From an uncultured bacterium (GTDB lineage: Bacteria; Acidobacteriota; HRBIN11; JAKEFK01), in assembly GCA_963777505.1 (NCBI GenBank), contig CAVZQN010000004.1, forward strand, positions 1,024,001-1,088,000: a stretch of 64,000 bases of DNA, given 5' to 3'. A model generated the notes under the pieces. The model did no database searches. It had not been told where the DNA came from and worked only from the letters and a program-made list of their open reading frames with translations. Positions 1 through 9,223 of this stretch are shown here, one piece after another (the stretch's first letter is position 1; each line of letters starts with the position of its first letter). Made by a program: the position numbers and the translations under genes.

Positions 1-1223
1 AAAGTATAAGGATGAATCGCTGCTCCATTGAGTTCGTTGAAACTTGCTTTGATGCGATTTTCATTTCCACGAAAAATTCCTGAATGCCTTTCTAATGCCT
101 CACAAAGCGCGCCGGTTGCTGAACTCTGAGGCGTCAGACCCTTTCCCATGCTTGTTCTTTTCAAACGTAAAACTAACGGATACTCCTTTTCTGGCGGAAT
201 CACAAAGGCGTGTTTGGCTGTCGCCGAATAGAATGCAGTATTCGATTCGGCAAAAGTAATTTCATGCACGATCCCTGTTAAGGGACTGATCAGATGTTTA
301 TATTTTTCAAACGTTTGTTCAGCACTTGCTGAGCGGTGGTTCGTGCCCGGTCGCTGGCTTTTTAGAGTGATTTTGGGCGACCGCAAGCTTTTCTTCTTAG
401 AGCAAAAACTGCATTGATCCGATCGCGTTATCAAGTGAGTCTCAAGCTTCATCGTTTTGAGGTCGAGCGTTTGGATAGTGGACGTCTCTGAGTCTTGTGA
501 CTTGAGATTTTTCAAAATGTGGATGGCCGCCAAATCAAATGCTGCAGAAACTTGTAAAAGTTTTTGTTTTGAATTTCTTTCAAGGCCATTTGGAAAAGTT
601 TGAGCTTTTAAATTTTCAGTGAGTCGTCGTGCCGTGCATTCCCAACAAGGAGGATGTTGATAAGCAAATGCCGGACCTGACCAGAACACTGTTCCAGTCG
701 GTTTAATAAGCATCCATCTCATCTTTTTTCGGATCGCTTTTTCATTGAACGCCATCAATTCATGTCTAAGATAGCTGTCTGTTAAAACAACGGTAAATTC
801 AGCTTTTTCTGTGATCTTGATTCCAAGGTTTTGGATGGTTGAGCGGAAAGGCTCAGGTGAAACGTGACCAAACGTAACAAGGTTAATCCTTGATCTCTTT
901 ATCTCATTCTCGAAAATCTTCGCCGTAATCCCTAAGACTTCGGAAAATAAATCGAATCCCTGGACGGATTCATCCATTGACTCTTCAAAAAATCCTTCAT
1001 CTTCCAGTAACAGCAACAGACATTCCAGATCGAAACTTGTAAGCTCGGCTTTTAACTTTCGTGCAATAGTAGAAACGGAATTTTTGCCGTTGATGAGAGG
1101 GGCAATCAGGCAGATTAAATGGCTCTCAAGAACTTCATAACCGGTTTCATGAAAAAAGAAGCAAAGATCGGGCGGAACTATTTTGATCCGAATGTCATTT
1201 CTAAATACAGGTATTCTGTTCAA
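1..1223 (-). CDS. Fused E1-like (TOMM leader-binding)/YcaO cyclodehydratase, 3' end outside the window
   Basis: Not in the ORF track because it runs off the edge. Manual translation of segments from TTG at 1223 gives LNRIPVFRNDIRIKIVPPD..., WSGPAFAYQHPPCWECTARRL (E1-like GP..CxxC motif) and SMGKGLTPQSSATGALCEALERHSGIFRGNE...AIHP (YcaO GKG/EAxER motif). All three segments are in one frame. Confidence 0.85.
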   Translation of the reverse strand, partial: MNRIPVFRNDIRIKIVPPDLCFFFHETGYEVLESHLICLIAPLINGKNSVSTIARKLKAELTSFDLECLLLLLEDEGFFEESMDESVQGFDLFSEVLGITAKIFENEIKRSRINLVTFGHVSPEPFRSTIQNLGIKITEKAEFTVVLTDSYLRHELMAFNEKAIRKKMRWMLIKPTGTVFWSGPAFAYQHPPCWECTARRLTENLKAQTFPNGLERNSKQKLLQVSAAFDLAAIHILKNLKSQDSETSTIQTLDLKTMKLETHLITRSDQCSFCSKKKSLRSPKITLKSQRPGTNHRSASAEQTFEKYKHLISPLTGIVHEITFAESNTAFYSATAKHAFVIPPEKEYPLVLRLKRTSMGKGLTPQSSATGALCEALERHSGIFRGNENRIKASFNELNGAAIHPYT

Positions 1224-1312
1224 AATGAAAAATGGAAAATGAAAAGATCAAAGTTAAGCTCTCACAAGCTGCTCCTAATCTTCTATTTTTGATTTTATAT
1301 TTTCGATCTTTA
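1222..1312. repeat. Heptamer-period repeat tract with a degenerate inverted counterpart
   Basis: AAAATGA AAAATGG AAAATGA AAAGATC at 1222-1249; T-rich, roughly complementary units TTCTATTTTTGATTTTATATTTTCGATCTTT at ~1281-1311. Confidence 0.5.
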
Positions 1313-1341
1313 TTCTATACTCAATCATTCCTGGAGGTTAT

Positions 1342-1875
1342 ATGAAGCCATTAAAGACAATTTTAATTTCCGCAATGTTTTTGTTGTCAACGTTCTCTGC
1401 GTTTGCAGAACAAGCTCCGCCATCCGAAGGGAGTGCCGCGCCTGAATTTTCATTAACAACGAACGAAGGCAAACCGGCGAGTTTAAAAGATTATCGAGGA
1501 AAGTGGGTTGTTCTTTATTTTTATCCCAAAGATTTCACAAGCGGCTGCACGATTGAGGCAAGAAACTTTCAAAAGGATATTGCAAAATATGATCAAGCAA
1601 ATGCGGTGATCCTTGGTGTAAGTGTTGACAGTGCTGAATCGCACAAAGATTTCTGCACGAAGGAAGGGTTAAACTTCAAGCTATTATCTGATCCTGACGG
1701 CGCGGTTTCTTCACAGTATGGTTCCATCATGGAATACAACGGAAGCAAATTATCGGCTCGCAATACTTTTCTGATCGATCCGGAAGGCAACATCGCAAAA
1801 GTATTTATCAAAGTGAAACCTGACGTTCATAGCGGCGAAGTGCTTTCCACGCTTGCCGAAAAGCAAAAGAGTTAA
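1342..1875 (+). CDS. bcp: Exported peroxiredoxin, BCP/PrxQ (AhpC-TSA) family
   Basis: Signal peptide; VVLYFYPKDFTSGCTIEA peroxidatic motif; GGAGG ribosome-binding site. Confidence 0.9.
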   Translation: MKPLKTILISAMFLLSTFSAFAEQAPPSEGSAAPEFSLTTNEGKPASLKDYRGKWVVLYFYPKDFTSGCTIEARNFQKDIAKYDQANAVILGVSVDSAESHKDFCTKEGLNFKLLSDPDGAVSSQYGSIMEYNGSKLSARNTFLIDPEGNIAKVFIKVKPDVHSGEVLSTLAEKQKS

Positions 1876-1889
1876 AAGGGAGAGATTTC

Positions 1890-2225
1890 ATGATCGTTGT
1901 ATCGAACAGGATTTGTGTCGCCGAAGGTTATGAACAGGAATTTGAAAAACGTTTTGAAGGACGCGCCCGTCTCGTTGAAAAACATCCAGGGTTTGTGCGA
2001 TTGGAAATTCTTCGTCCGCAGAAAGTTTCATTGCATGGCAATGAGCAAGGCGGATCTGAATATTATGTCGTTTTAACCTACTGGCAAACGGCAGAAGATT
2101 TTACGAATTGGACCGCGAGTGATGCATTTCGAGAAGCTCATTCAAATCGTCCACCAAAGGAAATGTTTTCCGGGCCCAATGTTTTCGAAATGCACGAAAT
2201 CATTCAACTCGTCGAAGCAAAGTAG
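1890..2225 (+). CDS. ABM-domain monooxygenase (IsdG/HmoA-like heme-degrading family)
   Basis: NRI.V..G.E.EFEKRF, PGF, YVVLTYW...DF..W..SDAFREAH pattern. Confidence 0.8.
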   Translation: MIVVSNRICVAEGYEQEFEKRFEGRARLVEKHPGFVRLEILRPQKVSLHGNEQGGSEYYVVLTYWQTAEDFTNWTASDAFREAHSNRPPKEMFSGPNVFEMHEIIQLVEAK

Positions 2226-2339
2226 TTCCTCAAATGTAGGTTCAGCGATTTGTAACGCCGGCATGTTGCCGGCTCCTAATTGTTTTTTACCGCCGAGTTC
2301 GCCGAGATGATAAGCGGCCAACAGAATAGGGAGAAAAAT

Positions 2340-2732
2340 ATGAAACGATCTTTTGTTTTTGGAATGCTCTTGGGTGCAGCAATAACGGCCATTGCTATTG
2401 CTTCATCATCCGATATGACATCGACTCTTGATCCGGTGAAAGTATCACCTCAATATTACAAGGTTTTGTTTGAGAACGAACAGGTGCGAGTACTCGAATA
2501 CCATCTAAAACCGGGTGAAAAAGAGAGTATGCATACACATCCTGCAGGTATTGTGTACACCTTCAATGATGGCCGGTTTAAAAATACCGTCCAGGGTAGT
2601 TCTAGTAGTAGAGAAGTTGAAGCAAAGGCCGAAGACGTACTTTGGCGCGATTCTTTGACACATTCTCTGGAGAACGTAGGGAATACTGAGCTTCATTCAC
2701 TTGCAATTGAATTAAAGAAGACGTGCAACTAA
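2340..2732 (+). CDS. Cupin-fold protein
   Basis: DPVKVSPQYYKVLFENEQVRVLEY.LKPGEK..MHTHP...H..EN motif. Start moved to ATG 2340, which follows AGGGAG. Confidence 0.75.
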   Translation: MKRSFVFGMLLGAAITAIAIASSSDMTSTLDPVKVSPQYYKVLFENEQVRVLEYHLKPGEKESMHTHPAGIVYTFNDGRFKNTVQGSSSSREVEAKAEDVLWRDSLTHSLENVGNTELHSLAIELKKTCN

Positions 2733-2775
2733 TCTCTATTGATTGTGACTTGCAGCAATAAGTCGTTCGAAGAAA

Positions 2776-2974
2776 ATGAGACTTAAGAATCCTGCTGTTA
2801 GAGTTCTTACGCTTTTCAATGGCGCATGGTTGATCATCACCGTTTTATGTCAGTCACCGACAATACAAGCATTCAATCAAGAAGGGTCTTGTTACGATTT
2901 CTGGAAATGCAGGCGATGATGTTGCTCCTGGCACTTTAAACAGCGTTTTAAGACAGGCAGGTTTGAAAAAATGA
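2776..2974 (+). pseudogene. hicA: HicA-family toxin remnant (frameshifted or degenerate N-terminus)
   Basis: 2852-2974 reads SHRQYKHSIKKGLVTISGNAGDDVAPGTLNSVLRQAGLKK*, the HicA C-terminal signature, and overlaps the hicB start (ATGA). The same frame has a TGA just upstream and no usable start. Confidence 0.7.
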
Positions 2975-3186
2975 AACGATTTTTGATAGTCATAGAAAAA
3001 ACATCGACTGGCTATTCGGCATATTCTCCTGACGTCCCTGGTTGCATTGCGACAGCCTCAACTCGTAGATCAGTGGAAAACCGGATTCGTCAAGCGATAC
3101 AATTCCATATCGAGGGATTGCGTCAGGAAGGTTATGACGTTCCAAAACCGAAGAGTTCTTCTTCATATGTAGATGTTCCCGCCTAA
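2971..3186 (+). CDS. hicB: HicB-family antitoxin (short form)
   Basis: IVIEK..TGYSAYSPDVPGCIATA.T......I..AI.FHIEGL..EG..VP.P. Confidence 0.9.
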   Translation: MKRFLIVIEKTSTGYSAYSPDVPGCIATASTRRSVENRIRQAIQFHIEGLRQEGYDVPKPKSSSSYVDVPA

Positions 3187-3212
3187 CATTTAGAACCCTT
3201 CTCCACACTGTC

Positions 3213-3255
3213 TTGAACTTTTCGTTAGATATGACTAAAATACCAAATTGGTCAT
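3213..3255 (+). promoter_or_regulatory. Sigma70-type promoter overlapped by a probable TetR operator
   Basis: TTGAAC(3213)-17 bp-TAAAAT(3236); inverted repeat ATGACTAA...TTGGTCAT at 3231-3255, directly upstream of the tetR gene. Confidence 0.6.
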
Positions 3256-3264
3256 AAGTCAACA

Positions 3265-3897
3265 ATGAGACAAATTGCGCAGCGTCCCGATATTCGAGAC
3301 CTGATTCTGGATGGAGTCGATGTGCTCTTAGCGCGTTATGGCTATCGAAAAATGACAATGGACGATCTAGCGCGTTATGTAGGAATTGGCAAAGGCACGA
3401 TCTATCTTCACTTCCCGAGTAAGGAAGATCTTACACTTTCGCACATTTCTCGAATTGTTGATCGATTGCTGGAAAAGCTTCGCGCGATTGCAGCTGGCAC
3501 TGAATCATTTGAAGTACGGCTGGAAAAGATGATGATGACCCGCGTCTTATTCCGTTTTGATAGTGTTCAGCATTACAAAGAAAGTCTCAATGAGCTTCTC
3601 TCCGATTTGCGTCCAGCACTTTTAGCCAGACGTCAGAACTACTTCCAAAAAGAAGCAGCCGTATTTGCCGATTTGCTTCGTAAAGCAAAAAAGTCAGGCA
3701 CATTTTTCTGTTCAGATCCTTATTCCACTGCATGGGCGATTATTACAGCCACGAATTCACTTTTGCCATATAGCTTGAGTGTTTCCGAACTGGGATCGCG
3801 AAAGGAAACTGAAATTCGCGCAAAACAAGTAGCAAGCTTGCTTCTCAAGGGATTAAAAGCAGAAAAGCCTCAGATCGTCAGGAGATCAAACAAATGA
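3265..3897 (+). CDS. TetR/AcrR family transcriptional regulator
   Basis: N-terminal HTH GYRKMTMDDLARYVGIGKGTIYLHFPSKEDL. Confidence 0.93.
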   Translation: MRQIAQRPDIRDLILDGVDVLLARYGYRKMTMDDLARYVGIGKGTIYLHFPSKEDLTLSHISRIVDRLLEKLRAIAAGTESFEVRLEKMMMTRVLFRFDSVQHYKESLNELLSDLRPALLARRQNYFQKEAAVFADLLRKAKKSGTFFCSDPYSTAWAIITATNSLLPYSLSVSELGSRKETEIRAKQVASLLLKGLKAEKPQIVRRSNK

Positions 3898-5249
3898 AAA
3901 ATCGATCATTACTTATCTGGATTTTCATGTTTTCGATGTTCAATTCGTTCATCGCTTTTGCACAACACACAGCGCACAATACAGCACAGACTTCCAATGA
4001 AACGCTCAATACAAAGTCGCGTGAGGCCATTATTAATGAAACAGCAAAAGGGCTGAATGACAATTACATCTTTTTGGAGACGGCCCAAAAGATGGAAGAA
4101 CGGATCCGGACACAACTAAAAAGCGGTGCCTATGACAAACTCACAAGTCCTGAAGAATTTGCCGCAGCGATCCATAAAGATTTGCACGAAGTCAGTAAGG
4201 ACAAGCATCTTTCTTTTCATTATGATCCGCAAGGAGTCGCAAATATCCAACAATCAAACAGCCAGAACAAAGAAGAAGCGCAAAAAGCAAAAGAAAAACA
4301 ATTGGCTTCAGTACGTCAGGACAATTTTGGATTTCGAAAGGCTGAGCGGTTGGATGGAAATGTCTGCTACTTGAGATTTGATTATTTTGCTTTTGTTGAA
4401 GGTGCCGGCGACGCTGCTTCAGCAGCGATGAATTTCCTTTCGAATTGTGACGCTCTTCTAGTGGATCTAAGAAAAAATGGCGGTGGACATCCCGCGCAGA
4501 TCCAATATATAACAAGCTACTTTTTCGATTCACCCGTTCATCTGAACGATATCTATTCGCGTAAAGACAACAGCACCGAACATTATTGGACCCTTCCTTA
4601 TGTTCCCGGACGAAAGATGGTAAACGCGGATATTTATGTTCTCACGAGCAGCTATACTTTTTCAGGCGCAGAAGAATTTTCTTACAACTTAAAGAATCTG
4701 AAACGCGCAACCATAGTCGGTGAAACCACAGGTGGCGGCGCGCATCCTGTTGAGCCGGTTGTTGTTTCAGCAAAGTATGTGCTTTACGTTCCGTACGCAC
4801 GGGCGATTAATCCGATTACAAAGACGAATTGGGAAGGTACTGGAGTTACACCCGATGTGCCGGTGCCAGCGGATCAAGCATACGATAAAGCATATCGAAT
4901 GGCAGTTGAAAAACTGTTAACGAAAGCTCAAACATCAGATCAAAAAAGCGAATTGGAATGGGTGCAGTTGAGCTTAAAGTCCCGCGAAAATCAAGTGACG
5001 CTCAGCGATTCTATCCAGCAGAAATATGCTGGCGCTTATCAGGACCGCAAGATCTTTTTTGAAAACGGCACACTGTACTATCAGCGCTCAGGTCCGCGAT
5101 ATAAGATGATAGCTCTATCAGACACAATTTTTGAGCTGGAAGGGTTGACCGATTTCCGTTTAGAGTTTGTAGTGAAGGATGGGAAATCCGTCGAAGTCAT
5201 CGGAATTTATCGTGGGGGCTCTAAGGAACCTTCCAAGCGCACCTCTTGA
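3894..5249 (+). CDS. Exported S41 family peptidase (IRBP-like)
   Basis: Signal peptide; DLRKNGGG, TFSGAEEF and VGETTGGGAHP motifs; ATGA overlap with tetR. Confidence 0.9.
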   Translation: MKNRSLLIWIFMFSMFNSFIAFAQHTAHNTAQTSNETLNTKSREAIINETAKGLNDNYIFLETAQKMEERIRTQLKSGAYDKLTSPEEFAAAIHKDLHEVSKDKHLSFHYDPQGVANIQQSNSQNKEEAQKAKEKQLASVRQDNFGFRKAERLDGNVCYLRFDYFAFVEGAGDAASAAMNFLSNCDALLVDLRKNGGGHPAQIQYITSYFFDSPVHLNDIYSRKDNSTEHYWTLPYVPGRKMVNADIYVLTSSYTFSGAEEFSYNLKNLKRATIVGETTGGGAHPVEPVVVSAKYVLYVPYARAINPITKTNWEGTGVTPDVPVPADQAYDKAYRMAVEKLLTKAQTSDQKSELEWVQLSLKSRENQVTLSDSIQQKYAGAYQDRKIFFENGTLYYQRSGPRYKMIALSDTIFELEGLTDFRLEFVVKDGKSVEVIGIYRGGSKEPSKRTS

Positions 5250-5309
5250 AACTCCTCTTCGTGCTTTTTGAATTGATTGAAATATATTGGTTCAATACAG
5301 GAGGTGTTT

Positions 5310-5798
5310 ATGGCCAGTGAAGACCGATTTCAAGAGCTTAAACAAAAGTATGTCAAAGTTCTGAATGTGATCAACAAAGAGGACCTTAACATAGAAAAAA
5401 TGCACGTCGAAAACGACAAGTTATACATCCGGGGGAAGGCGCCATCAGATGATGCGAAGAATCGATTCTGGGATGCAGTTAAAACGATCGATGCGAATTA
5501 TGCAAAGGATTTTACTGCCGAAATCTCGGTAACACCCAAGAAAGAACAAGCAAAAGCTGCTCCCGCGCCTTTAAAGCCTGGAGTTACGCCGGTTTCAGGA
5601 ACAAGTGCTCAAGCCAAACCGGCAGAAGAAACTTACACTGTTGTGAAAGGCGATACACTATCTGCGATTTCGAAACGATTCTATGGCAATGCCAATGAAT
5701 ACATGAAGATATATAACGCAAATCGTGATCAGCTAGACGATCCAGACAAAATCCAAATCGGGCAAGTCCTTAAGATTCCTGCTGATAAAAGCGCTTGA
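5310..5798 (+). CDS. LysM peptidoglycan-binding protein (Kbp/YgaU-like)
   Basis: C-terminal [48 protein letters not shown]; start at ATG 5310 after AGGAGG. Confidence 0.88.
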   Translation: MASEDRFQELKQKYVKVLNVINKEDLNIEKMHVENDKLYIRGKAPSDDAKNRFWDAVKTIDANYAKDFTAEISVTPKKEQAKAAPAPLKPGVTPVSGTSAQAKPAEETYTVVKGDTLSAISKRFYGNANEYMKIYNANRDQLDDPDKIQIGQVLKIPADKSA

Positions 5799-5852
5799 AG
5801 TATTTTCTTAACGCCGAGTTCGCCGAGAATACTTTTTATTCTCGGCGTATGG

Positions 5853-7055
5853 CTAATCGATGTAGCCTGCTCTGTGACGCAGATCCGCTTTGGTTTTTGT
5901 TTTCACCTTAATTTTGTGATATTCGCCGGCTTTTTTATGGTCAGGGGCTTTGTAACAAATTAAGTATTGATGTTCAAGATCTTTCATCACCTGAGCGAAG
6001 CCGAATTTGAAGTTCAAAGAGTTTCGGAATGAAACTCCTCCCGTGTCGTCTGCGACTATATCCATGATTTCCTGGTGATCTCTCAGGTAGTCGTTGTCTT
6101 TCGGATAATACTTTTTGTCAAATTCCAATGTTGTGTCAACAGTACTGATCGGTCCGCGAGTATTAATTGTATAGATCGTCAAATTATTGACATTCATCCT
6201 TCCAATCAGTTCTTTTACTTCTCTTCGAAGGTCCCAACCGATGCCACGCATCCCGCCTAAAGGTAGTCCTTCTTCTGCATCACCGGTTTTGGCTCTGACT
6301 AAATCAAAATACTGTCGTCCTGGTTCAATGTTGAGTCCACCTGATATCAATAGAACGACTGTGTGCTCCGTTTGCTGAAGCTCTTCTATAGTTGATCCGA
6401 ATTTTTTCAGCGCTTCCAATATACTGCGCGCTTGGGCAATCTCCTCCTCTTGATATTGAACTGCATAATCCAGTGCTAATGGAATCAATTGAGGCTTGAA
6501 TGGTTTCTTCTCCAGGATGTTAATAATTTGTTTTCTTTTTAGCATCATTTCTTGATCACGATGCAAATTTCCGGAGAGTTTGTCTAATTGCTCCCGAACT
6601 TCACTGACCTCTTTAGTAAAAGGAACAACCGGCTCATACGGTGGATACACTGCAAGCATCATCTCAAGGTCTTTTTCATCTATTTGATTTAGAAACTCAT
6701 CCAATCTGGATTGCATGTACTGAAATTCGACTTCAGACGTATTAATCTGATCGAAAAAAATTGCCAACCGTTTTCGGGTTAACGGGCCTTGATCTGCTGA
6801 AGATTCTTGAGTTTGTCCTTCACTCGATTCAGTCGAAGCTTCTAAAGGAAGGAGGACTTCTTCAAAACAAGTGGAAGCCATTTTTTTTCCATCTTCTTCA
6901 ATTTCGAAATCATTGACAGTTAGACCTGTGACGGGCTTCCCGTTGCGATCTGCCTTGACCCAAACTTGAATTGTTTTGACTTCTACTTCTTCTTGAGTTT
7001 GTGCAATGAGTGTAAGCGCAATAAAAAATATGCAAAACGTCAGGATGTATTTCAT
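5853..7055 (-). CDS. Exported VWFA-related (acidobacterial-type) domain protein
   Basis: GKPVTGLTVNDFEIEEDG N-terminal motif; IVADDTGG; QYLICY...YHKIKVK...LRHRAGY C-terminus. Confidence 0.8.
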   Translation of the reverse strand: MKYILTFCIFFIALTLIAQTQEEVEVKTIQVWVKADRNGKPVTGLTVNDFEIEEDGKKMASTCFEEVLLPLEASTESSEGQTQESSADQGPLTRKRLAIFFDQINTSEVEFQYMQSRLDEFLNQIDEKDLEMMLAVYPPYEPVVPFTKEVSEVREQLDKLSGNLHRDQEMMLKRKQIINILEKKPFKPQLIPLALDYAVQYQEEEIAQARSILEALKKFGSTIEELQQTEHTVVLLISGGLNIEPGRQYFDLVRAKTGDAEEGLPLGGMRGIGWDLRREVKELIGRMNVNNLTIYTINTRGPISTVDTTLEFDKKYYPKDNDYLRDHQEIMDIVADDTGGVSFRNSLNFKFGFAQVMKDLEHQYLICYKAPDHKKAGEYHKIKVKTKTKADLRHRAGYID

Positions 7056-7082
7056 AGATTGATTCCTTGTAGATTCTCAGGA

Positions 7083-9092
7083 TCATTTAAAGTGTTTTTC
7101 GAACCATTTCATGCTTCGATCAATGATGTCGATTTGATGCTTTGGTTCTAGAATAGCGTGTCCTTCACGTGGGTAACGAACCATGATTGTTTCGACTCCA
7201 ACATCTTTCAGCGCGATATAGAATTGCTCGGACTCAGTGATCGGAACATCCTGATCATTTTCGCCGTGTAAGAGCATGGTTGGCGTTTTTACTTTTGCAA
7301 CATGTTTAAGCGCCGATCGTTCCCAGAGGATATTCATCATATCACCTTGGTGCGGCAACAAACCCCATTCCATTTGTTCGTACATATTGTAATAAGTCGT
7401 GTAGTTATAACTGATGTTGTTGATCACCGGTGCTCCAGCGATTGCAGCTTTGTAGATATGAGTTTGTGTAATGAGCCACGCGGTTAGTTGCCCGCCATAA
7501 CTCCAACCTTCAACTCCGATCCGGTCTCGATCGATCCAGGGGTAGCGTCGCATGGCTGCAAAAGTTCCGTAAAGAACATCCTGCGCTTCATTCCCATTTT
7601 GGTCTGCAAAAACAGCATCCGAAAAATTTTGACCATAGCTGCTTGACCCGCGAAAGTTCACCATCAACGTGGCCCACCCGCGAGCTGCATACGATTGTGC
7701 TTTCAAGTGGAACACTCTTCCGCGTGCGCCATGCGGGCCGCCATGAATATGAACAATTAAGGGATATTTTTTGGTTGGATCGAGGCCGATCGGTTTTGTA
7801 AGGAATGCTTCAATTTCGAATTTGAAATCATTGCTAATGAATTTGAACGATTCGATTTCCGCTACCTTTAAACCATTCACTACTTCTGAATTCAAATCAG
7901 TCAGTTTTCTGGAGCTTCCACTTTGGTCCTTAAGATATAACTGAGCGAGATCCGATTCGGACATATATGTGTATGCGATATCAGAATTTTTTGAAATGGA
8001 GAAGTGCTGTACCTGACCCTCTTCTGTTGTGGCGGGAACTGCTTTTTCACCGTTAACGGTGATTCCGTAAAGTTTTTCACTCCCTCTTTCCGAAACCATG
8101 CAGTAAACGATCGTGCCATCCGGAGACCAAATTGGAAGGTGCTGGCGGTTATCGATACTTTTCCCAATTTCTTTTTTGTCAGATCCATCCGCTTTCATTA
8201 TCCAGATATGGGTATCTTCCATATCTGTTTCCAAATCGGTGAGCCCGCGTCTGGTTCCCATGAATGCGATTGTTGATCCATCGGGTGACCATTGAGGCCA
8301 AAATTCAGCACTTTCCGTGGCCGTCAATCTGCGGATCGATCCATCAGCAACTGTCAGTGCAAAAAGGTCTGGATTGTAAAATAGATCAGGGTCTGGTTCG
8401 CGATTCGAAACAAATGCGATCTCTTTACCGTCAGGAGACCAGTCGATTGAATGTTCTTCGAAATTGCCTGTGGTTTTCTGTTCAACTTTTCCTGATGCAA
8501 CATTCACAATAAAAATGTGACGCCTTCGATTGTCATTGAAACGTGTTGAACCTTCATCATAGCTAGGCTTATATAAATAACGCGTAATCACTACAGGATC
8601 TCCCGTGGCTAGCTCTGTTTCAGGACCGGGCGTTGTTGAAACAAAGGCGATTTGTTTAGAATCGGGTGACCATTCGATTGTCGTTCCTTCATAGGTTAAT
8701 GGACTGTTTGTCCCTTTGATTTCTGAAAGAAAGCGTAGATCGGTCCCGTCTGAACGTACGATCATCAGCCCTTCTTTATCGCCGGTCTTACCGTTCAGTG
8801 CGATCCAAGTACTATCGTTTGACCAATTGGGACCCGATCCAGAATCTTTTTCAGTAAGGAGACGTACGGATTTGCCGTTAGTCAGATCCATAACCCAGAC
8901 TTGATTTGTGGTTTTTCCTGTCTGAGGGTTATTCGCAACTGTGTATGCGATCTTTTTTCCATCAGGGGAGATTTCAGCCTCTTTTACCGATTTCATTTTG
9001 TAAAAGTCTGAACTCTTTAACGTTTGCTGGGCGTTTGCAACAGAAAAGGAAGAAAGAATTAGTAGCAGAAAACATTTCTGAAAAAGATCCAT
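7083..9092 (-). CDS. S9 family peptidase (dipeptidyl aminopeptidase/acylaminoacyl peptidase)
   Basis: PD40-type WSPDG repeats, IHGGPH, GWSYGG nucleophile, HGEND.DVP, YPREGH. Confidence 0.93.
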   Translation of the reverse strand: MDLFQKCFLLLILSSFSVANAQQTLKSSDFYKMKSVKEAEISPDGKKIAYTVANNPQTGKTTNQVWVMDLTNGKSVRLLTEKDSGSGPNWSNDSTWIALNGKTGDKEGLMIVRSDGTDLRFLSEIKGTNSPLTYEGTTIEWSPDSKQIAFVSTTPGPETELATGDPVVITRYLYKPSYDEGSTRFNDNRRRHIFIVNVASGKVEQKTTGNFEEHSIDWSPDGKEIAFVSNREPDPDLFYNPDLFALTVADGSIRRLTATESAEFWPQWSPDGSTIAFMGTRRGLTDLETDMEDTHIWIMKADGSDKKEIGKSIDNRQHLPIWSPDGTIVYCMVSERGSEKLYGITVNGEKAVPATTEEGQVQHFSISKNSDIAYTYMSESDLAQLYLKDQSGSSRKLTDLNSEVVNGLKVAEIESFKFISNDFKFEIEAFLTKPIGLDPTKKYPLIVHIHGGPHGARGRVFHLKAQSYAARGWATLMVNFRGSSSYGQNFSDAVFADQNGNEAQDVLYGTFAAMRRYPWIDRDRIGVEGWSYGGQLTAWLITQTHIYKAAIAGAPVINNISYNYTTYYNMYEQMEWGLLPHQGDMMNILWERSALKHVAKVKTPTMLLHGENDQDVPITESEQFYIALKDVGVETIMVRYPREGHAILEPKHQIDIIDRSMKWFEKHFK

Positions 9093-9223
9093 AACTTACT
9101 CCTGAAGGGTTTTTCAGCTTATAAGGATAGCAGTGAAAGGCGTATAAGGAAGTATCCGTTTTGTTCGACCTTATCGATTTAAATGCCTATTATTAATTCA
9201 CCTCCCCAGGGTGAGTTGGTTTT

